Shown here: piece after piece, positions 12,284-24,982 of the stretch | Numbering within the stretch: the first letter of the stretch is position 1 | Layout of the letters: every line of letters starts with the position of its first letter | Assembly: GCA_010015585.1 (NCBI GenBank) | Contig: ML975151.1 | From: Eremomyces bilateralis CBS 781.70 | Taxonomy: Eukaryota | Direction: 5' to 3' (one strand) | Length of the DNA: 60,272 nucleotides | The notes under the pieces: model-generated | The model's input: the letters and a program-made list of their open reading frames with translations, nothing else | Database searches by the model: none | What the model was told of the DNA's origin: nothing | Made by a program: the position numbers and the translations under genes

Positions 12284-15200
12284 TTAGACCATCATCGCTG
12301 CCTTCTGCTTGTCGTTCAAAGCTCGCTTAATCGCTACGGTCATCGTCAGCATGGAGAATTGCATCACGAGAGCGGGAACTTACCGTCACAGGTTGTCTTC
12401 GCATCGCCGAACAACATCTTCGTGTTCGGCATGTAGAACATCGGGTTGGGCACGTCCGCTATCGAGCATTAGTTTCACCCCTAACCCCATCCTCGACGCA
12501 GAAATTGTAGATAAAGACTTACCATATCCACTGCTCATCCCCCGCTTCATCACGATCACTTGCTTACTCTTCCACGCATGCAACACCGGCATCCCCGCAA
12601 TCGCACTCCCAGGCTCCATCGCAATCGGATTCACTGTATCATTCGCCCCGATCACCAGCGTCACGTCCGTGTCGTTGAAATCCTCGTTGATCTCGTCCAT
12701 CTCCAGCACGATGTCGTACGGCACGTTCGCCTCCGCCAGCAGCACGTTGCACTGCCCCGGCATTCGACCGGCTACCGGGTGGATCGCGAACCGCACGTTG
12801 ACGCCCCGCTCGCGACACATCTGTGTGATCTCGGAGATGGCGTATTGTGCTTTGGCGACGGCCATGCCGTAGCCGACGACGATGATGACGGAGTCGGAGT
12901 TCGCGAGGATGTCGGCCGCCTCTTCGATGGACGTTGTGGTGATGGTTCCTTCGATCGCGGTGTTGGTCTCTTGCGTGGGGGTGGCGATGCCGCCGAAGAG
13001 CACGTTCGTAAGTGACCGGTTCATGGCCACGCACATGATGTAGGAGAGGATGCTGCCGCTCACACCGATGAGCGTGCCGACCGTGGTCAGCAGCGGGTTG
13101 TCGAGCATCAGCCCCTCGGCGATGAGCGCAAACCCGGAGTACGCGTTGAGCACGGTGATGACGACGGGCATGTCTGCCCCGCCGATGGCCGCGGTAGTGG
13201 TGTACCCCTTCAAGAAGCTCAGAAACGCGTTCGCAGTCAGAGCGCCTGCAGCGATCATAGGCGAGCCAGGCGCCATGGCGAGGAAGGCGCCCATGGTCCC
13301 GACGTTCGTGGCGAGGAGGCCCGAGTTCACGATGTGGGGTTTCGGGAGCTTGATGGGGCGGGAGGACATGCGGCCGGCGAGCTTGAGGAAGGCGACCATG
13401 GATCCGGTGAAGGTGATGCCGCCGATCAGGACGCCGAGGTAGGCGGTGACCATGTGTAGTGTGGAGATGTCGTCGATGTGGGACATGACACTGCCGACGC
13501 TGGTGAGGACGGCGGCGAGGCCGACGACGGAGTGGAGCGCGGCGACAGTCTGGGGGAGGTCGGTGGGGGAGATGCGGCGGCCGATGAGCGCACCTGCAAT
13601 GGCTCCGACGGTGGCGAGGGCGCCGAATTGGGTCATGACTTCGGGGGAGAAGCCGACGGCGGCGAGAGATGCGAGGATGCCGGATCCGACGCCGAGGATT
13701 CCTAGGAGGTTCCCACGTCGAGCGGTCGCTTGGGTGGCAAGGCCTTGGAGTGAGGAAATGCAGAGCATGCTGCTGATTAGATACCCAGCTTGCACCAATC
13801 CTGCCATTCCCGTGCTCGCCGCCGCTATGAAGCCGCCACCGAAGACCAGTCCTGGGATGGCGTACAGCCATGGGTACTCCGGCGGGTCAGTTGGTCGCTT
13901 GAACATATCCAGCATTCGCTTGGTGATCACGAATCCACCGGATACGTTGACGAAAGCCAGCAGCACCGACAGGGAGCCAAGCAATTGCGGGATCGTCTCG
14001 GGGAGATATCCGCCGCCCATGACGAAGAAGCCGCCGATTCCAACCATGCCGGAGATCGCATTGGTGACGCTCATCAGCGGAGAGTGCAGCGCCGGACTAA
14101 CGCCCCAGACCACGCGATATCCGATGATCCCAGCAAGGCCGGTGGTGAAGATGTTGGCCATGAACAACGGTGAGGTGAGCTTTCCGAGCGCGACTATCGA
14201 ACCGATGCCCGCCGTCACCCCGGTTACTTCGCGGACTTTGTTTTGCCATGGGGTGAGTTCTAGAGTTGGTTCCACTTTGATTTCCTTGGGGGTGAGTGGC
14301 GCTGGTGGAGGGGTCGGACGGGGGGCGGGAGGCAAGATCTCTCCTTGGTTCACGATGATCGAGCCGCGGACGACTTCATCTTCGAGATTGATGCCAAAAT
14401 GCTTGTCCGCGGGCGAGATAGAGAGGAGGAACTTCGTTATGTTGTTTGAGTACAGCGTCGAGGCCTGCGTCGGAAGTCGGGATGGGAAATCGGTGTATCC
14501 AATGATAGATACCCCTTGATGCATCGTCAACTTCCCTGGAATCGTCACCTCGCAGTTTCCACCGGCTTCAGATGCGAGATCCACCAGCACGGATCCAGGC
14601 CTCATCGCTTCGATCATGTGACGGTCAATGAGTATAGGAGCTCGTTTCCCGGGGATCATCGCGGTCGTGATCACGATGTCCACCTCTTTGCACTGCTCCA
14701 TGAACAGCTTCATCTCCGCCTCGATGAACTCCTTCGACATTTCCTTCCCGTATCCGCCCGCACCAGCCCCGTCCTCTTTCAAACCGACTTCCAAAAACTC
14801 ACCACCCAGCGACTCCACCTGCTCCCGCGCCGCCGCCCTCGTATCAAACCCCCTTACAATCGCTCCCATCCGCTTCGCTGTCGCGATCGCACTCAACCCC
14901 GCCACCCCCGCCCCGATCACCAGCACCTTCGCCGGCGGGATCTTCCCCGCCGCCGTCGTCTGCGCCGTCAGGAACCGCCCGAACTGATTCGACGCTTCCA
15001 GCACCGCCTTGTACCCTGCGATGTTCGCCATCGAGCTCAGCGCGTCGAACACCTGCGCCCGTGAGATCCGCGGGATCATTTCCATCGCGAACGCCGACGC
15101 CGGCTTCGCTGCGAGAGCGTCCACTAGGTCGCGGTTCTGCGCCGCATTCAGGAACGAGATCACCGTGCTCCCTGCTTTCAGCTTGGCGGCCTCGTCGTTC

Positions 15201-15739
15201 GAGTCGGCCACGCTGGGGGGGCGGACTTTTAGGAGGATGTCGCTCTCGGCCCAGACGGTGTCGGCGCCCGCGAGCTTCGCGCCGGCGTTCTCGTACTCCT
15301 TATCGACGAACTTCGCGTCGATGCCGGCGTGCCGCTCGACGAGGACGCGGCCGAAGCCTTTTTTGAGGAGGAGCGCGACATTCTGCGGGGTCAGCGCGAC
15401 GCGGCGTTCGTCGGGGTAGGTTTCTTTGGGGACGCCGACGGTGAGGTCGCTATATGGGGTTCCCTTGGGGGCTGGCGCATCGGAGTACCAATGGCGCGTT
15501 ATGCGCGATCTAGATATCGGGGGTACCGTCCACACTCTTTCGGAGGAGGTTGCATGTCGGGTTAGGGTGTATGTGGTACGTAGGACGAGTTTCACGGAGT
15601 GAGAAGCAGGGTTAGGCGTCGACCGCCGTCCGGAGCGCAGGAGTGGATGGACGGGCTTCGGGACGGGCAGCGAGCCTGTTGAAAAAGAGATCTCCTGCGA
15701 CGTACATAGAGAACGACTGGTAAGTATGCGGCCCGCCAT
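12284..15739 (-). CDS. NNT: Mitochondrial proton-translocating NAD(P) transhydrogenase, single chain dI-dII-dIII
   Basis: [21 protein letters not shown] Rossmann motif, [49 protein letters not shown]. Introns 12459-12522 and 12334-12383 give the C-terminus [43 protein letters not shown]. Arg/Ser-rich presequence from ATG 15739; start is inferred. Confidence 0.95.
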
Positions 15740-16471
15740 ATTATCCCTTGCGAGCCTCACACATGCTGCACCCGGGCGACGGGAGAGATCGGGAGGGCGC
15801 AGAGGGTGGTGGACAGGGCAGGCGGTTTACAGCTGCAGGCGCCTGTGAGGAATCCCGGATGTTGGGGGGGGTTAATATGACGTGCAGACACAATCTCGCC
15901 CGGTTGAGATTCCGCACAGTGAAGATCCAGAGTTTGGGATCTTAAAAGGTGCTTGAGAGTAGTGAACTTTCTAAGCGATGGAGTGGAGGTGGAGTTTAGC
16001 ACATCGCACATGCGAAGCAAATTGACGTGACTCCGCGGCGTCAGTTAGTGAGCTACCGCGCATACAACCGGGTGTGGATGGGCCGAGCGTGTCCCGAGTA
16101 CCTCTACTGCTCTACATCCTACTCGTCCATTGTCGTGAACTCATGATTCACATTCACGGCATCTTTGACTCCAGTCTGGTACAGAACATGCGGGGAAATG
16201 TCTTGGATGACTTGGGGTCTCATAGAATTCGTGTGGAGGGGTTCAACGAGTGGTTGATCTCCCCCGCATGTTCCACACATTGTCACATTCCTATTCGAGT
16301 AAGATTCAATTCCGGTCATACTTGGAGTCTCGGATGAGATGATGCGAGGTAGGATGGATCCTGTCTCTCAGACTACAACAATAAACAATCCAGCATCTCA
16401 GTCTACACTCATCTCCAATAGAGAGGATACATAGGATGGTACCGGTATACACAAGTCGATTCTCCCAAGTC

Positions 16472-17892
16472 CTATCTCGTTATCTTATGAAGACCCTGAA
16501 TCCAACCCACCGCATTCCCACTCAAACAAACCGCCGCATCCAACGGCTTCAACCCCTCCTCCCCCAGCAACGACAGCGCCGCGAGCCCCAGAAACGAATG
16601 ATACGGATCCGGCGTGTCCCCCGGCGTCTTCCCAAACCCGCCAATGCGGTGCTGCGTCTTCGATAGGAGGTAGCTCCGCACGCATTCCGCGTCGATGAGG
16701 TCGTCTCGTCCGAGGATCTGGTGAACGTTAGCATCGGGGACGTATGGGCGGTGAGGGAGGTGTGCAATGCTTACTGTCAGGGATCCGAGCACCCAGAATG
16801 CGTAACACGTATCCGCGATCTTGTTGGTCCGCCCGTTGAATCCGGCGTAAGTTGGTCGCTCGGAGGTCTGGAGGGACTCGAGAGGCTTCACGGGTGCATC
16901 TTCTTCGTCGCCGGAGGAATCATCCGGGTTGTGGAGGTAGATATCAGAGGTTTGTCGGGAGACTAGCCATCGGATAGCGGAATCGACGTCGAGGACTTTT
17001 GCGAACAGGTCTATGTCTGTCGAGTCGATCTGCTGAGGTGTGTCCGGAGGAGGTTCCTGGGGGCGATAGAGGAGCGCGAGTGCGGAGATGGAGCAGTGGG
17101 TGTATCCCGCTACAATATCAAAAAGAGTCAGAGATACTTCCTGAGTGAAGAGAATATTCGGAGGATGCGTTACCATGCGGTTCGTGAAACGGCTCATCAG
17201 CAATGCCCCCATCATACGTCTAGAAGCAACCCGTTAAATTCCGTTCTATATCCCATAAGGTACACATCGACAAGAGGTAGAAAACGTACTTGGCAGCCCG
17301 CTATACACCTCTCCAACCCCTCCACATCTACATCCACCTCCTCCATCTCCTCTCTTCCACCAATCCCCCGCAGCATCCACCGGATACACATTGCACAATA
17401 CGCAAACCTCGCATCACTCCCCCCGTCAATCTCCCCTGCCGCCCCCACCGACTCCCCGAAGCTCCCGTCCCCTTTCTGCATCCCTCGCAGCCATCGCCAC
17501 GTCGCCTTCCACCGCACCCGCTTAAAGTCATCCCCGAGGATTGCTAGGCAACATAGCGCGAAATACGTCGACGGCACGGTCGCGCGGTCCCACTGGCTCA
17601 CAGTATGCTCTTCCGCCTCCGCTTCCCCAACTGTAATCGTCGACGTCCCCCCTCGAAACCCGCCCCCCGGATGCTGGCATTGGTAGATCCAGTCGACGTA
17701 GTCGGCGCGTTCGCCAGCGGAGATGTGGGTGTCGAGCGCGGCGAGGAGATCGAGGGACGCGAGGGTGAAGAAGGACAGGGACATGCGGTTGGAGTCCATA
17801 GTGGTGGCGTGGGCAGGGAAGAAGGTCTTGAGGCAGCGGAGCCAGTAGTTGGTGTGGCGGGGGGTGTTGAGAGAAGGGATGGGGGGAAGGGA
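16472..17892 (-). CDS. CDC43: Geranylgeranyltransferase type I beta subunit (start codon unresolved)
   Basis: RHTNYWLRCLKTFFP..DSNRMSLSFF, GGFRG, DARFAYCA, QTYDGG...EPHAGYTHC, GFNGRTNKIADTCYAFW, GGFGKTPGDTPDPYHSFLGLAALS. Introns at about 17220-17289, 17110-17173 and 16718-16774. Confidence 0.9.
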
Positions 17893-17916
17893 GGGGGGGG
17901 GGGGGGGGGGGGGGGG
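17893..17916. repeat. G24 homopolymer (C24 on the CDC43 coding strand)
   Basis: 24 consecutive G counted directly. Confidence 0.95.
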
Positions 17917-18585
17917 TCTATGTGACTTTCGGTAGTTGAGGAGGTCCCATCTACATGCAGTCGTGCATCATGAACTGGATTTCGGTTTAGCAAAAGGGAA
18001 TGGGAAGTGGAGACTCTAGGGTTAGTGGCTGTGTGGTGATCGTGGTGCTGGCAGGTGGATGGAGTACTAGGTATTGAAGAGATTTCTAGAAGGGATATTA
18101 GTTTACGAAGTTACTGAGGAGGCATACAGAACTGGAGATCCAAGAGGACCTACGGACAGTTTGATATTATCCGTGAAATTGCCTTTAGTATTCCGTACTA
18201 CAGGAAACAGCACGAGGACTAACAGTGGAATCCGATCGTCTCTAGTCAGCCACAACTTCCAGACTGGATACCAATCACGTGCCGTGCCTGACGGGAAACA
18301 GGAAGGATCGACAGCCTTGCACCTGCAACCGTGCAACGTCAAGCGCTGCTGTCACGGCTGTCAGACTCTCTTCCAACTCTTCTTCCATCATTCTCCTTCA
18401 TACCTTACCTTACCTATACTTTGCAATTTCGTAGCGGTTACTTTTACGATACCCGGTTTTCATTCACTCTTCCGTTCGTTCTCTGAATATCGGTTCCTAG
18501 CGACTCCATCGCAGCGATTCTATCTCCTATACCCCGTGGTTGCTTTTGGTACGGTTGACGGAAGACCCTGAACCATCCCTTCACG

Positions 18586-21400
18586 ATGGCGTCTGGCTTT
18601 TCAATTTCGTTTTGGTCGAGCGATTATGCTGGTGGTATGGGACACTTCTCTTCTACCTCAAGTCAATCAGGCTAACGGAGTCGCGTAGGACTTGGAGTTC
18701 TCTTCGGCAAACTGCAGCAAGGTGTCCAAGAGAACCAGCAAGTTCTGACAATTGCGCGGATGCGAGCCGATGCGGAGGACCTGTATGGCCAACAATTGGG
18801 TTATATTCCAGCGGCAACGGATCGTATCACAGGCGGTTTTCAGAGGGACGATGGTGCCAGCGTTCGAAAGGTGTGTGCTCATCTCAGCCGCATGGCCCCT
18901 GTCAGCACTAACGGAATGGTGTCGCTCTAGGCATACGAAGGCGTCCGCAGCGAGATGCAGGAAGCCTCCAAGAACCACCGGAAAATTTCCAACAATATCC
19001 GCGAACTGGTCGTGTCTCCCTTTAGTCGATGGTGCGATGAACATGCCGCCCGCGTGCAGGGGTCGCAGGACGACTTACAAGCGCGGATCAAACTGCACGA
19101 CAAGCAGGCGGACGCGGTGCGCAAGTTCCGAAGCCACTACTACAATAAGTGCAGGCTTCTGGAGGATCTGGAGGAGGAGGATAAGTTGGCGTTCAAGGAC
19201 CCGGATTCCGCGGGGACGCAGAGCCCGAAGCAGAAGCCCGTGCAGCTGCCCACGCCGACGGTGAAGGTTTCCGAACCGGATGACGAAGAGGACGAACCGC
19301 AGGTCGAGATCGGCGATGAAGTATACCAACTGGATCAAGTCAAGAAAATCTTGTCGCACATGCTAGAGACCATCAAGCTTACCGAAACGAAAGTACCGAT
19401 TTTGGGTACCTATCACAATGTCTCCACTGGCACCGACATCGTCGAGTACATCCAGAAGCACATGAACGCGTCGAGCGTGAGCTACGCCGAGCGAATCGGC
19501 CAAGACATTGTATCCAATGGCTACCTCCGACTCGTGGGAAACGTCGGCAACGCGTTTGCCAATAGCTCGCGCATGTTCTACCAATGGCGACCCAAAGCAT
19601 TCCAACTCACCGGTATCCCCGAGAAGAAGCACCCGATGTCACGAAGCACGACGATCATGTCCAACGACGGGGTTGACAGCCCCATCGGCACGGTGCAGGA
19701 GTACCTCGCCGGTTGGAACCCCTTGAACAACCCCTACCCGAACGAGACACCGGCCGAGAAACTCCGCCGCGAAGCACGCGAGGCCGACGAGCGGTATAAG
19801 GCGGCGGTGCGAAAACTCGACACCCTGCGATGCAATCTGGAGGAGGCGATGATGAGCCATTTGAAGTACATGGAGCGATGCGAATTGGACCGACTGAAGG
19901 CCATCAAAGCCGTCATCCTGGACTTTTCCGGGGCGATCAGCAATGTGATCCCGAGCTTGCAGAGCACCGTGGACAATATGATGCTGTTCCAAGAGACCGT
20001 GCAGCCAGCGGGCGATTTGAGGTACCTGTTGGAGAACTACCGGACGGGGCAGTTCATCCCAAGGGTGCAGGTGTATGAGAATTACTACAACTCGGTTGAT
20101 GGTGAGTATTTCAAGACTTTTAGGGTGAGACGTATTTTTAACACGTTATAGGTCAAACCTTCGGTATTGATCTCGAGGCTCGAGCAAAGGCCGATAGGAA
20201 GCGTGTTCCAATCATTGTCACGACAATCCTCACGTTCCTCGATACCCGTAAGTTGACATCCCCATAGCATGACTCCAGTAGACCCTAACAAAGTTACAGG
20301 TTATCCCGACCTCGAAGGCGACGAGGCGAGAAGAGGCATTTGGCTCGTCGATGTCCCACTTCCAGCAACTCATCATTTACGCAACCATATCAATAATGGC
20401 GGTGCAATCGGGAATGAAGTCCTGGAGCAATATGAGATACCTATCGTCGCGAGCGTTTTGAAATTGTATCTACTAGAACTTCCAGGTAAGTCCCACATTC
20501 TTCATGCGAAAGCTACAGCTAACCCTTCTAGACTCCCTTGTTTCTTCTCACGTCTACGAAATCGTCAAAACAATCTACTCCTCCGACGCCGCCTCCACCG
20601 CGACCTCTCGTGTTGCCATCCTCCAATCTACCCTCGGCCAACTCCGTCTCGCCAACATCGCCACCCTCGACGCCCTCGCCACCCACTTTGCCCGCCTCAT
20701 CGAACTCACCTCCGCCGACGACGACTACATCACCGCCCTCTGCACCGCCCTCGCCCCCTGCGTCCTCCGTCCCAAGCACGAATCCCCCCTCACCCTCACC
20801 GAAAAGTTCTCCTTCCGCCTCGTCCGCGACCTCCTCGAACACAAGGAACCCATCTTCGGCGAGCTCAAGCGTTCCGCCGCCGCCCAGAAGGAGCGCGAGG
20901 CAAAGGCCACCGTCGACCAGCGCCCCCGCGCCATCTCCACCGACGAGAGCAACCGTCGCGCCCATATGGAGGAGCGCACCCGTGCCATCATCGCCAACCG
21001 CTCGCGCGCTAGCTCGCCCGCCCCCGGTCCGCGGGCCGGTGGGCCGTCGCATCGTCGGGAACGCAGCAGCGGCGGGCCTGAGACGCGGTTCCCTGTGGCG
21101 CCGAGCACGGCGGCGGGAGGTGCGGGGAGCCCGACGGTGGAGCGAAAGGGGAATGTGCGGGGAAGCTTGGAGGTGCCAGAGGGAGAAGGACCGGTGTCGT
21201 CGGAGAAGACGAATGGGAGTGGGGAAGATAAGGAGATATCGGTGGCCGGGGAGGAGAAGGGGGGGGATGTGGTGAAGCGGGATTCGTTGTCAAGGGGGGT
21301 GGGGAGGATTGCAAGGAAGGCGCCGGGGGTGAGAATGAGTGTGGGGACGGAGGATCGGCCGGTGGGAGTGGAGTTGGTGGATAGGCCGATGGATGATTAG
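18586..21400 (+). CDS. RGD2: F-BAR (FCH) + DEP + RhoGAP protein (Rgd2/Rga8-like)
   Basis: Start MASGFSISFWSSDYAGG-LGVLFGKLQQGVQEN (FCH), DEP-like AERIGQDIVSNGYLRLVGNVGNAF, GAP region VPIIVTTILTFLD, IPIVASVLKLYLLELPDSL, LAPCVLRP. Five GT-AG introns. Confidence 0.88.
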
Positions 21401-22125
21401 GGGGGTTGGAGCGGTAGTGATGGGGGGGTGGTGATGGGGGTGGTGATGATTGATGGGTTTGTTATGGGTTACGGGATGGATGGATGGATTCGCGTAGATA
21501 TTTGGCTAAGCGGGTAGTTGTCGGAAGAATACTTAGGGTCCGTTGGCTTTTGGTTGAATTCAGTTGTTTACTTCCGACATTCGGAGTTCAGGTGATGTGA
21601 GAACCGGTGGCGATGGGCCCCGATGAATGGTAATATGTACAGAAGAGCGAGGGGGTGGATGGCTTCGTGATGCTGGTGGTATACTATTGTTCTTCCAGAC
21701 GACAAAGACAGCTTCTGGCCTAAATCGTCTCCTGGATGCTCCAAGACCGCCCAGAGTCGCTGGATCTAGTGCCCTCAGCCCGCGGTCGTTGAAGTAGACT
21801 CCATTGCATATATCGTGAGTTTCCAAAGCATTCTATCCAGAGCCCATACTCTAGCAACTCGCTCGTTTCATCGATGAGGGATGCCCATACTACCATACGG
21901 TAGCGCTACGAATTGGCAGGTCTAGATTTCTACAATATTGGGTTCTTGAGACCTGGCGGCACCGAAGTAGCTCCTCTTTTTTAGCCATGTCTTCCAATGG
22001 CGTGCCCGCAAAGCATTCATATAGTTCTCGCTCAGGCCTCCTTGGTAAGGGATCGCGTAAATTCAATGACATCGTTCGAATTCGTCACAGCCAGGACATT
22101 CCCTAGCCTGTACTGTATACGATGC

Positions 22126-24186
22126 TCACAGTCCTGTTTGGGCTGCCTGCTCGCTGAATACCAGTTCGGCCGAATCGATGCAGGTAACGTTGGCTTTGAG
22201 CTTATTCAACGTCTCGACGCTGCGGAATCGGTTAGTTCTCGTCCACCTTTGGCGTGAAGACACCCCCATCACGGCAACCAGCCCAGCATAGTTGACAGGA
22301 CTGAGATTTAGGGATGCAAAACAAGAGGAACAGGGACCATGCTTACAATTCGTCATAGTTGTCCGAGTCGAACACAATCCCACCCCCGGCTTGAAGGTAT
22401 GCCACCCCATCCTTGACCACCATCGTCCGAAGCGCGATACATCTATCCACTCGTTAGCCAAATCCAACCACGCATGCATTCCCATTTCCATATCCATAAA
22501 AACGGGGTTGGTGAGTAACTCACGTGTCCATCGACCCCTCTTCAATCGTCCCATTCGCATCCACGGTATTGTACCCGAAATATCCCACCGCGCCGGCGTA
22601 GACGCCGCGCTTTTCCCCCTCCAACTCCGCGATCAGCTCCATGGCGCGGACTTTCGGGGCGCCGGATACCGTGCCGGCGGGAAATATGGACCTAATAGCA
22701 ACTGAGTCAGCCATAGACTTCTTCGTGAAGTCAAGGGGGACAGAAGGACGTACCTAAATGCGTCAAATCTCGTCATTCCGGGCCGGAGTACCCCGGAGAC
22801 TTCGGATGTGATGTGCTGGACGTGGGAAAACCGTTGGATTATCTACAACGTCAGTTGGAGATCCAACACGTCCACGCGTTTTACACCTACCATTAAGCGG
22901 TCGACTCTCGTCGACAAAGGATCGCAGACGCGATTTACGTCATTCCGCGCCAGATCCACCAGCATCACATGCTCCGCGCTTCGACCAGTCAGTATAATCC
23001 ACCACGAAGTAAAGGCCAAACTCACCGATCCTTAAGCGAGTTCGACAACTCCTGCGCCAACTCATCGTCCTCCTTCACCGTCTTCCCCCTCTTCACCGTC
23101 CCCGCAATCGGATGCGTGATAATTCTGCCCTCCTCGCTCTTCACCAACACCTCCGGACTGGCGCCGACGATCTGGAAGTCCTCACAGTCCACGAAGAATA
23201 GGTAAGGCGATGGGTTGACCATCCGTAGCCGTCGGTAAATGTTGAATGGGTGTAACGACGTCGGCCTCGCGATCCGCTGGGAAGGAACGGCTTGGATGAT
23301 GTCGCCTTTGTGGATGTGCTCTTTTAACCTTGTGACGTGCGCCTCATACCCTGCCTGTCCAATGTTCGAGGTGTACTCCTGCTCCAGCTCAATAGGTCCC
23401 TGCGGTGGCAACGGCACCTCAGTCTGCGTGATAGTGTGTACCACATCCCGCAACTCCTTCTCCGCCGCCTCATATGCACTCTCTAGCGCCCCAGAATCTT
23501 TCGAGTCCTTCGGGACCTTCACATACGTGAACACCTTGACCAACTGGTAGAAGTGATCGACCGCGACAACCGTATCGAATAGCATAAACAATGACTCCGG
23601 CACCTCCAGCACATCTTTCATGTCGTCCCGCGCGGTCCGGGGCTCGAAATATGCGACGCAGTCGTATCCAACGTACCCGATCGCTCCGCCGATTAGTGGG
23701 GGTAGTTGGACGCCTGGGACGCTGGCGACGCGGTACCGGGAGAGTTCTTCTTCGAGGACGGGGAGGGGATCGCGGGGACCGACGGGTTGACCGGGGCCGG
23801 AACGGAGAACTTTTCGGGGATCTGGGAAGACAGGGGGATTAGCATATCCTACATCAAAGGTTCAAAGAGGCTGGTTAACTCACCCACTCCCACGAAGCTC
23901 CACCTCCCAATCGTCTGTGTAGTCATGGCGCTCTCGAACAAGAAACTGGATTTCGTCTTCGCTCTGTTTCCACCCATCAGCCACGGCCCTCCCTACTCAC
24001 TGCCCTCAGGGAAAGGACGCGCGATACGTACCGAGCAGCTAGCTTCAGATATATCAAGGACGGGGTCAGGAACTCGGCGGATAGAGTCGCGCTGAGAGGG
24101 ATCAGGTTCGGGGGATTTTCCTGCCTCTCCGCGGCCGACAGGACATCGCGGACGGTGGCTAGGGACGGTTGGATCGAGAGGGACAT
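22126..24186 (-). CDS. TRP2: Anthranilate synthase component I
   Basis: MSLSIQPS..., [94 protein letters not shown]. About seven introns; last exon ends at TGA 22126. Confidence 0.95.
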
Positions 24187-24210
24187 TTTGGAATGAGGAC
24201 CACCGAGTGG

Positions 24211-24517
24211 TTGACTCTTGCCGGCTCGGAAGGGAACCAATCTGTTTTTCTCCTCGCTCTTATTCTTTGAAAATAAGAGATATCCGCCCAATGTCCCGTA
24301 CAATTGTTCGGATAAGCACGCTTATTGTCTGGAGGCTCAATTGTCTGCAAGTGAAGGAGGAGCGGAGTACAATGCCGTTTTCCGAAGTTTCGTGAGCATG
24401 ACTCTAGGGCTTATGTTGGATGCGCGATTTCGGCTCAGGGTCCAAACGTATTGAATCCAGCCAATCAAACCATTTTTCGTTGCACTAATGGATGCGTATA
24501 AAACGACATCTTAGTCA
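24211..24517. promoter_or_regulatory. Putative Gcn4/CpcA (cross-pathway control) elements upstream of TRP2
   Basis: TTGACTCT 24211-24218, ATGACTCT 24398-24405, TTAGTCA 24511-24517, all within about 330 bp of the TRP2 ATG. Confidence 0.5.
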
Positions 24518-24982
24518 GACATAGGTCTACCCTCCAAGAAAAGCCGCGCTGCATACTGCAGCTTTGCCACAGATATCCCGAAGGTACGTACCTATTCCTC
24601 GGCGGACCTATCCGCCCCCCCCCCCGCCGCCTTGCCCTCCCTTTCTACCAGCTCCACCCTCCCGCAAAACTGGTTCCGCCAACAAATTCACCAGCATTCT
24701 TCCAGCATGATCCTGCGAAACCGCAAGCCCTTGGAAGCAATGCCATTGGGGATTAGACCCCTCTACCGAACCACCCACCCACCATAATCTCGAACCAGGA
24801 CACATCTTGTTCCATACATCCTTTCATGAGATTCTACCATTGTACAAAGGATATAAACCATCCTGTAGTGTGTGTTGTGCTTTTATGTTAACATGTGTAT
24901 TGGCAAGCCGATATCCAACATCCCCGGATCATCGATATTCCGTTATGGTAGAGCACTGACTACCTCTGAGACCACTGTCTGC

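Noticed and set aside
12560..15565. Long alternative-frame and antisense ORFs over NNT (13446-14519 +, 12639-13871 -)
   Set aside because: Shadow ORFs expected from high GC3 in a conserved gene; no recognisable domains.
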